Assembly: GCA_902786595.1 (NCBI GenBank)
Contig: CADADB010000015.1
Location: forward strand, 941-64,940
DNA length: 64,000 nucleotides
Origin: an uncultured Bacteroidota bacterium
Lineage (GTDB): Bacteria > Bacteroidota > Bacteroidia > Bacteroidales > WCHB1-69
Direction of reading: 5' to 3'
In this document: in pieces, positions 59,001 to 64,000 of the stretch
Numbering within the stretch: the stretch's first letter is position 1
Layout of the letters: each line of letters opens with the position of its first letter
The notes under the pieces: generated by a model
Told to the model about the DNA's origin: nothing
Database searches by the model: none
What the model saw: only the letters and a program-made list of their open reading frames with translations
Position numbers and translations under genes: made by a program

Positions 59001-59310
59001 GGATGTCCTGCGTGGTGGCGTAAATCTTATCCTCTAATTTCTCAATCTCTTTGTATTTGTCCTCCTTTTCCTGCACGGGGATGTCATAGTTCTCTTCCAG
59101 ATAATGGCGCAATTCCGCCACCTGGTCTTCCTCCTTCTGCGTTGCAGTACGGATTTTATCACGGAATTCTTCGGTTTTGTGTCGTAAGTCGTCGATAGGG
59201 AGATCTTTGATTGTTTCATACGCAGCCAATGTTTTCTTCAAGAGTGGCTGCAGTTCTTTCATATCTCTATCTGCCTTTGTACCAAACAGTTTCGTTAAAA
59301 AATTTGCCAT
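56014..59310 (-). CDS. secA: Preprotein translocase ATPase SecA
   Basis: 1098 aa; [10 protein letters not shown]..., [19 protein letters not shown], and C-terminal zinc finger [14 protein letters not shown]. Confidence 0.96.
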   Translation of the reverse strand: MANFLTKLFGTKADRDMKELQPLLKKTLAAYETIKDLPIDDLRHKTEEFRDKIRTATQKEEDQVAELRHYLEENYDIPVQEKEDKYKEIEKLEDKIYATTQDILNDILPEAFSVMKETARRFKENETITVTATQHDRDLAARRECVTIEGDKAIYQNRWMAGGNMIQWDMCHYDVQLIGGIVLHQGKIAEMATGEGKTLVATLPVYLNALPGKGVHVVTVNDYLAKRDSEWMGLLYEFLGLTVDCIDKHEPNSDDRRRAYNADITYGTNNEFGFDYLRDNMARNIGELVQRPHNYAIVDEVDSVLIDDARTPLIISGPTPKGDQQAFDQYKPIVQKLYEAQRTYVAQILTQAKKMLAENPDPKPQDESAMLLLRAHRGLPKNKALIKFLSEPGMKQVLQRTESFFMQDQNRNMHLIDDELYFVIEEKLNTVDIMDKGIDLISKDADEAKMFIMPDVGAQIAELEKENLTSDEKLARKEEIYNNYAIASDRIHTVHQLLKAYTMFDKDVEYVIIDNKVKIVDEQTGRIMEGRRYSDGLHQAIEAKENVKVEAATQTYATITLQNYFRMYKKLAGMTGTAETEAGEFWNIYKLDVVVIPTNKPVIRVDADDLVYKTKREKYAAVVDEILRLHEMGRPVLVGTTSVEISELLSNILTRRHIQHNVLNAKLHKKEADIVAEAGREGTVTIATNMAGRGTDIKLTPEVREKGGLAIIGTERHDSRRVDRQLRGRAGRQGDPGSSQFFVSLEDDLMRLFGSDRIAKVMDSMGHQDGDVIQHSMISKSIERAQKKVEENNFGIRKRLLEYDDVMNKQRSTIYRKRRNALFGDRLAIDIAQMVHDVCETLVADAWEAKDFEYFKMSMIRTFGCESPFDEQYFMQERQGTLVEKLYPVVYDHYKAKLQKIAEQAYPVIERVYLEHGDRFQNIAIPFTDGKKTINIVAPLKKCYETQGREVGLSFEKGITLAVIDNAWKEHLRAMDDLKESVQNASYEQKDPLLIYKLESFNLFDQLLVRISEEIVTFLNIGKLPIVEETELKEAKLPESDAKKLQTGRQEMRGRQVAPGKPANEPIRVEKKVGRNDPCPCGSGKKYKNCHGRFESAE

Positions 59311-59344
59311 ATATGCCTATTTAGTTTTTTTACAAATAAAGTCG

Positions 59345-59352
59345 CAAAGATA
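59345..59352 (-). promoter_or_regulatory. -7 box TATCTTTG for secA
   Basis: The reverse complement of caaagata matches TAnnTTTG, 35 nt upstream of the start at 59310. Confidence 0.5.
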
Positions 59353-59367
59353 CAAAAATCTTGCCAT

Positions 59368-59400
59368 AAAAAAAAGGCGCCGCAACCGCGACGCCTTTTT
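59368..59400 (-). terminator. Hairpin terminator after the hydrogenase operon
   Basis: aaaaaggcg...cgccttttt stem with an inner cgc/gcg stem; T-runs on both strands. Confidence 0.7.
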
Positions 59401-59422
59401 CTCATATCCTACAGATCAGGAA

Positions 59423-59920
59423 TTATTGTTTATCCATCTCTCTGTACTCGTTCACGATGGCCTTCACGTTGGCGGGAGCGAGGCGGCCGAAGACCTTGCC
59501 GTCAACCAAAGCGACGGGAGCCAGACCGCAGGCACCGACGCAACGCAGGGAGGTGAGGGAGAAGAGACCGGCTTTGTCCGTTTCGCCGGGCATGATACCC
59601 AGCTCTTTCTCGAACGCATCCAGAATCTTCTCGGCACCGCGCACGTAGCAGGCCGTACCCATACACACGGAAACCGGATATTTACCCTTCGGCTGCATGG
59701 TGAAGAAAGAGTAGAAAGAGACAACGCCATAGACTTTTGCGGTCGGGATGTGCAGTCTCTCTGCAATCAACTCTTGAGCTTCAGCAGGAAGGTAACCCAG
59801 GTAGTCCTGTGTCTGGTGCAGAACGTTAATCAATTCGCCAGGAGCATTATTGAATCTGTCGCAGATCTCAATAATCTTGTCGCTGACTTCCTTTTTCATT
59901 TTGATAATTATCTTATCCAT
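59423..59920 (-). CDS. NuoE-like [2Fe-2S] subunit (HydC-type) of a bifurcating [FeFe]-hydrogenase
   Basis: CMGTACYVRG ... SLRCVGACGLAP cysteine pattern; 165 aa. Confidence 0.85.
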   Translation of the reverse strand: MDKIIIKMKKEVSDKIIEICDRFNNAPGELINVLHQTQDYLGYLPAEAQELIAERLHIPTAKVYGVVSFYSFFTMQPKGKYPVSVCMGTACYVRGAEKILDAFEKELGIMPGETDKAGLFSLTSLRCVGACGLAPVALVDGKVFGRLAPANVKAIVNEYREMDKQ

Positions 59921-59960
59921 AATGGTGTTTTTTTAATTATTGATGATTACTGAAACAGAA

Positions 59961-61757
59961 TTATTTGTTCAAATCCACTTCAACGGTCGTTTGTCTGTCG
60001 AAATAGTGGGTATGCAACAGTTCATGCGATTTGTGGCCGCACGGTTCGCCCAGGTATTCCTTGTAAATAGCTTGGATGGACGGATTCTCGTGGGATTTAC
60101 GAATTGGCATGTTCTTATCAGCTTGATAGATAGCTTCCCAACGGGCTTTGATGATGTCGCCGTTGCCGTGGTGCAGAGGTTGACCACCGCCGTCGATACA
60201 ACCGCCGGGACAAGCCATGATCTCAATAGCGTGGAAGTTACACTTGCCAGCCTTGATGTCCTCTAACAGCTTACGGGCGTTCTTCAAACCGTGGGCGATA
60301 CCGATGTTGAGTTTCAGACCGTCAACGTCGATGGTGGCGCTACGCACGCCTTCCAGACCACGGAGTTCCTCGAAGTCGATCTTCGGGAGGGGTTTCTTTG
60401 TGATCACCTCGTAGGCGGTACGGACAGCAGCCTCGATCACGCCGCCGGTGGTACCGAAGATGACAGCAGCACCGGTGGATTCGCCGAGCGGGCTATCGAA
60501 CTCTTCGTCCGGAAGTTTCGTGAAGTCGATGTTGGCTTGTTTGATGAGGGCTGCCAACTCGCGGGTGGTGATAGAGAAATCGACATCGGGATTGCCGTTC
60601 ACCTTGAATTCGTCGCGGGAGCACTCGTATTTCTTGGCCAAGCAAGGCATCACGGAAACGCAAACCATGTCTTCGCGTTTGCAGTTGATCTTCTCGGCGA
60701 AATAGCTCTTCGCGATGGCACCGAACATCTGTTGAGGAGATTTAGCCGTTGAAGGAAGGTCTCTCATTTCCGGGAACTGGTGCTCGAAGAAGTTCACCCA
60801 TGCCGGGCAGCAAGAGGTAAGGATAGGAAGCGGAACGCTCTTATCACCACCGAGGTATTTGGTCAGACGACCGATGAGCTCGGTACCTTCTTCCATAATT
60901 GTCAAGTCAGCGCTCCAGTCAGTGTCGAACACATAGTCGAAACCGAGGGCCTTGAGGGCGGCGGTGAGCTTGCCGGTCACGATGGAGCCGGGCTTCATGC
61001 CGAATTCCTCACCGAGAGCCACACGCACAGCGGGAGCCACTTGGACAACCGTCTTCTTGGTAGGATCCACGATGGCGCGGATGACCTTTGCGGTGTTATC
61101 GACTTCGGTAAGAGCGCCCACAGGACAAACAGCCACGCACTGTCCGCAGAACGTACACGGAGAGTGGTCGAGGTGCTGGTTGAAGGCGGTAGAGACGACT
61201 GCCGGGAAGCCGCGCTCGATAGCGGAGAGGGCACCCACGGTCTGCATCTCGTTACACATCATTTCGCAACGACGGCACATGACGCACTTGTTCATGTCGC
61301 GGATGATAGAGGGAGAAACCTCGATCTGGTAGCTGGACTGAGCGTGGTCGGGACCGACGAACGGGTTGCTGCGGATGCCGAAGCGGATGGCGAGAGCTTG
61401 GAGCTCACACTTGCCGCTCTTGGCGCATTGCAGACAGTCATTCGGGTGGTCGGAGAGCATGAGCTCGAGCACCGTGCGGCGGGCGTTGATCACGCGCATC
61501 GAGTTGGTGCGGACCACCATGTCGGGCATACATTCGGTGACGCAGGCGGGGGCCAGGTTTCTGCGGCCTTCAACCTCCACGACACAGAGACGGCATCCAC
61601 CAGGTCTGTTGTGGACATCCATGCCCTTGAATTCAAAGTGGCAAAGGGTGGGAATGGAGATACCCAGCTGCTTTGCGGCGTTAAGAATCGTTGTACCTTT
61701 CGGCACTTCAACTTCTCTATTGTCTATTTTTAATTTGATTGTATCCATATTGTTCAC
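59961..61757 (-). CDS. hydA: [FeFe]-hydrogenase catalytic subunit (HydA/HndD type)
   Basis: H-cluster motifs TSCCPAW, VMPCLAKKYE and EIMACPGGCIDGGGQP, with N-terminal 2Fe-2S and 4Fe-4S domains. Confidence 0.93.
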   Translation of the reverse strand: MNNMDTIKLKIDNREVEVPKGTTILNAAKQLGISIPTLCHFEFKGMDVHNRPGGCRLCVVEVEGRRNLAPACVTECMPDMVVRTNSMRVINARRTVLELMLSDHPNDCLQCAKSGKCELQALAIRFGIRSNPFVGPDHAQSSYQIEVSPSIIRDMNKCVMCRRCEMMCNEMQTVGALSAIERGFPAVVSTAFNQHLDHSPCTFCGQCVAVCPVGALTEVDNTAKVIRAIVDPTKKTVVQVAPAVRVALGEEFGMKPGSIVTGKLTAALKALGFDYVFDTDWSADLTIMEEGTELIGRLTKYLGGDKSVPLPILTSCCPAWVNFFEHQFPEMRDLPSTAKSPQQMFGAIAKSYFAEKINCKREDMVCVSVMPCLAKKYECSRDEFKVNGNPDVDFSITTRELAALIKQANIDFTKLPDEEFDSPLGESTGAAVIFGTTGGVIEAAVRTAYEVITKKPLPKIDFEELRGLEGVRSATIDVDGLKLNIGIAHGLKNARKLLEDIKAGKCNFHAIEIMACPGGCIDGGGQPLHHGNGDIIKARWEAIYQADKNMPIRKSHENPSIQAIYKEYLGEPCGHKSHELLHTHYFDRQTTVEVDLNK

Positions 61758-61763
61758 CTTTCA

Positions 61764-63557
61764 CTAAATAATACTAATTGCACCGAATTTACATTTCTCA
61801 ATACATGTACCGCACTTGATACAGAGCTCTTGGTTGATTTCGTGAGGCATCTTGACCGTGCCCTTGATGGCTCCGACGGGGCAGTTGCGGGCGCAAGCCG
61901 TACAACCTTTACACTTGTCAGCGTCGATGACATACTGTTTGAGGGCCTTGCACTGTCCGGCAGGACATTTCTTTTCGGTCACGTGAGCCACGTACTCATC
62001 CCAGAAGTTGTCGATGGTGGACAAGACGGGGTTCGGGGAGGTCTGACCCAGGCCGCAGAGGGCGGTGTCCTTGATGACCTTGCTGAGGTTCTTCAGCAGG
62101 GCGAGGTCTTCCATGGTGCCGTTACCCTTGGTAATGCGGCCAAGGATTTCGCTCAGGCGCTTGTTACCGATACGGCACGGGGTGCACTTACCGCAGGATT
62201 CCTCCACGGTGAAGTCGAGGTAGAACTTGGCGACGGAGACCATACAGGAGGTCTCGTCCATGACGATCATACCGCCGGAGCCCATCATGGAGCCGGCAGC
62301 CACGAGGTTGTCGTAGTCGATCGGGGTGTCGAGGAACTTCTCGGTCAAGCAGCCGCCGGAAGGACCGCCGGTTTGCACGGCTTTGAATTTCTTGCCGCCC
62401 TTGATGCCGCCACCGATTTCGTAGATGACCTCACGAAGGGTGATACCCATAGGCACCTCGATCAAACCGACGTTGTTGATCTGGCCGGCCAATGCGAACA
62501 CTTTCGTACCTTTGGACTTCTCCGTACCGATGGAGGAGAACCATTCCCAACCCTTGTTGATGATGACCGGAATGTTGGCGTAGGTCTCGACGTTGTTCAC
62601 GTTAGAGGGTTTCTTCATGTAACCCGAAACAGCCGGGAACGGGGGTTTGAAGGTGGGTTCACCACGTTGACCTTCCATGGAGTGGATCAAAGCAGTCTCC
62701 TCACCGCAAACGAATGCGCCGGCACCGTAGCGGAGGATGATGTCGAAATCGAAGTCCGTGCCGAAGATGTTCTTGCCGAGGAGGCCGTACTCACGGGCCT
62801 GGTCGATAGCGACTTGCAGGCGGTGGATAGCCAGCGGGTACTCAGCGCGGATATAGACCAGACCGATGGTGGCGCCGATACAGAAGCCGCCGATAGCCAT
62901 GGCCTCGATGATGGAGTGCGGGTCGCCTTCCAAGATGGAACGATCCATGAATGCGCCGGGGTCGCCCTCGTCAGCATTACAGATGATGTATTTCTGGTCG
63001 GCAGCGTTCTTGGCGCAGAGCTCCCACTTCAAACCGGTGGGGAAGCCGGCGCCGCCACGGCCGCGAAGACCGGACTTCTTGATGATGTCGATGGTGGCAG
63101 CGGGATCGTGTTGTTCCAAAACGCTGGCCAATGCCTTGTAACCGTCACGTGCGATGTATTCGTCGATGTTTTCGGGATCGATGAAACCGCAGTTACGCAA
63201 CGCGATACGCATCTGTTTCTTGTAGAAACCCATGTGCTTGGAGTCGGAGATATGGGCCTTGTCCTCGGGGTTCTCATAGAGCAGACGCTGCACTTTTCTA
63301 CCCTTGATGATGTGCTCGTTGACGATTTCAAGAGCATCTTCAGGGGTCACCTGGGTGTAGAAGGTGTTATCGGGAAGAATCTTCACGATGGGGCCTTTCT
63401 CGCAGAAGCCGAAGCAACCGGTGGTCACCACTTGCACGTCGTCGGAAAGGTTCTTTTCCTTCAAAATTTGAATAAAATTCTCTCTGATTTTGGGGCTTTC
63501 TGAGGCCGTACATCCCGTACCGCCGCAGAGCAGAATGTGGTATTTATAATTTGCCAT
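61764..63557 (-). CDS. hydB: NuoF-like flavoprotein subunit (HydB/HndC type)
   Basis: FMN/NADH site GRGGAGFPTGLKW, N-terminal thioredoxin-like 2Fe-2S, C-terminal 2x[4Fe-4S] CKGCTACARNCP / CIKCGTCIEKC. Confidence 0.92.
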   Translation of the reverse strand: MANYKYHILLCGGTGCTASESPKIRENFIQILKEKNLSDDVQVVTTGCFGFCEKGPIVKILPDNTFYTQVTPEDALEIVNEHIIKGRKVQRLLYENPEDKAHISDSKHMGFYKKQMRIALRNCGFIDPENIDEYIARDGYKALASVLEQHDPAATIDIIKKSGLRGRGGAGFPTGLKWELCAKNAADQKYIICNADEGDPGAFMDRSILEGDPHSIIEAMAIGGFCIGATIGLVYIRAEYPLAIHRLQVAIDQAREYGLLGKNIFGTDFDFDIILRYGAGAFVCGEETALIHSMEGQRGEPTFKPPFPAVSGYMKKPSNVNNVETYANIPVIINKGWEWFSSIGTEKSKGTKVFALAGQINNVGLIEVPMGITLREVIYEIGGGIKGGKKFKAVQTGGPSGGCLTEKFLDTPIDYDNLVAAGSMMGSGGMIVMDETSCMVSVAKFYLDFTVEESCGKCTPCRIGNKRLSEILGRITKGNGTMEDLALLKNLSKVIKDTALCGLGQTSPNPVLSTIDNFWDEYVAHVTEKKCPAGQCKALKQYVIDADKCKGCTACARNCPVGAIKGTVKMPHEINQELCIKCGTCIEKCKFGAISII

Positions 63558-63575
63558 AACTGACCTCCTTACTGA

Positions 63576-63971
63576 TTATTTGTCGATTTTTTCGTAATTT
63601 ACCGGGATGACGCCTTCCAGGATTTCATCTTGCATGATGTACTTGGTGACGAGTTCCTGACCCTTCTTGGTGTCCACGTGACCGAAGACGATGGGGTCGT
63701 GACCGGGTTTCTTAACTTCGACGGTAGGTTCAGCATAGCAGTAGCCCATGCAGCCCGTCTGAGTCACAACAGCTTTGACATTTTGCTTGTTGCATTCCTC
63801 AATGATGGCTTCCATGGTCTGTTTTGCGCCGGAAGCGATACCGCAGGTTGCCATAGCCACCTTGACTTGCACGAGGTTTTCGACGTTCTCGCCGCCTTCG
63901 CGCAATTCAATCTTGGACTGCAACTCTTCTCTCTTTTTCTTGAGATCTGCCAATGATTTTATTTTTTCCAT
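63576..63971 (-). CDS. HndB-like thioredoxin-fold [2Fe-2S] ferredoxin subunit
   Basis: 131 aa; ATCGIASGA and GCMGYC cysteines; directly upstream of hydB. Confidence 0.75.
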   Translation of the reverse strand: MEKIKSLADLKKKREELQSKIELREGGENVENLVQVKVAMATCGIASGAKQTMEAIIEECNKQNVKAVVTQTGCMGYCYAEPTVEVKKPGHDPIVFGHVDTKKGQELVTKYIMQDEILEGVIPVNYEKIDK

Positions 63972-64000
63972 ACTATAAAATTTGGTTGTAGATTTATTTT

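Noticed and set aside
61830-63503. A 557-aa ORF on the plus strand, and similar long ORFs at 57694-59037, 60780-61733, 9624-10553, 18148-18960, 18988-19806, 29913-30815, 53013-53876, 39561-40406 and 40875-41621.
   Set aside because: Each lies fully antisense to, or out of frame with, a confidently identified gene (hydB, secA, hydA, valS, GH2 and others). Their products are low-complexity and rich in G/V/D/H/L/R. They are shadow ORFs, typical of G/C-rich third-position codon usage.

Overview
This looks like a chromosomal, mainly housekeeping segment of a Bacteroidota (Bacteroidales-like) genome. Three things support that: T9SS C-terminal sorting domains, a gldF/gldG pair, and TAnnTTTG -7 promoter boxes in front of most transcription units. 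I call 46 CDS and one tRNA-Phe. They include an EF-G paralog (5'-truncated), ferredoxin, surE, a C25 gingipain-like T9SS protease, valS, a lolE-like permease, pta, era, lpxH, a GH2 beta-galactosidase, apt, ilvE, tsaB, a NagZ/beta-lactamase-fold fusion, ispD, a phosphohexomutase, murF, anmK, secA and a HydABC-type [FeFe]-hydrogenase operon. I see no CRISPR array, transposase, integrase, recognisable defence genes or SusC/D PUL. The most unusual content is non-coding. (1) At least 20 short-period (mostly 7-nt) imperfect word arrays sit on gene boundaries, and the same word families recur at unlinked loci. (2) A 28-bp palindrome, GTAGAGACGTTTCATGAAACGTCTCTAC, occurs three times, and an unrelated perfect 28-bp palindrome lies inside the GH2 CDS. 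(3) A roughly 230-bp composite module is present twice, each time in the same orientation relative to a downstream gene (a USP-like gene and murF). The most unusual coding locus is 36.2-46.7 kb. It holds a PD40/Omp85-like outer-membrane protein, an OmpA-like/TPR lipoprotein, a small T9SS-CTD protein, and a 1517-aa tail-fibre-like repeat protein ending in CUB-like and FISUMP domains. All functional calls come from motif recognition by eye; no database search was run.
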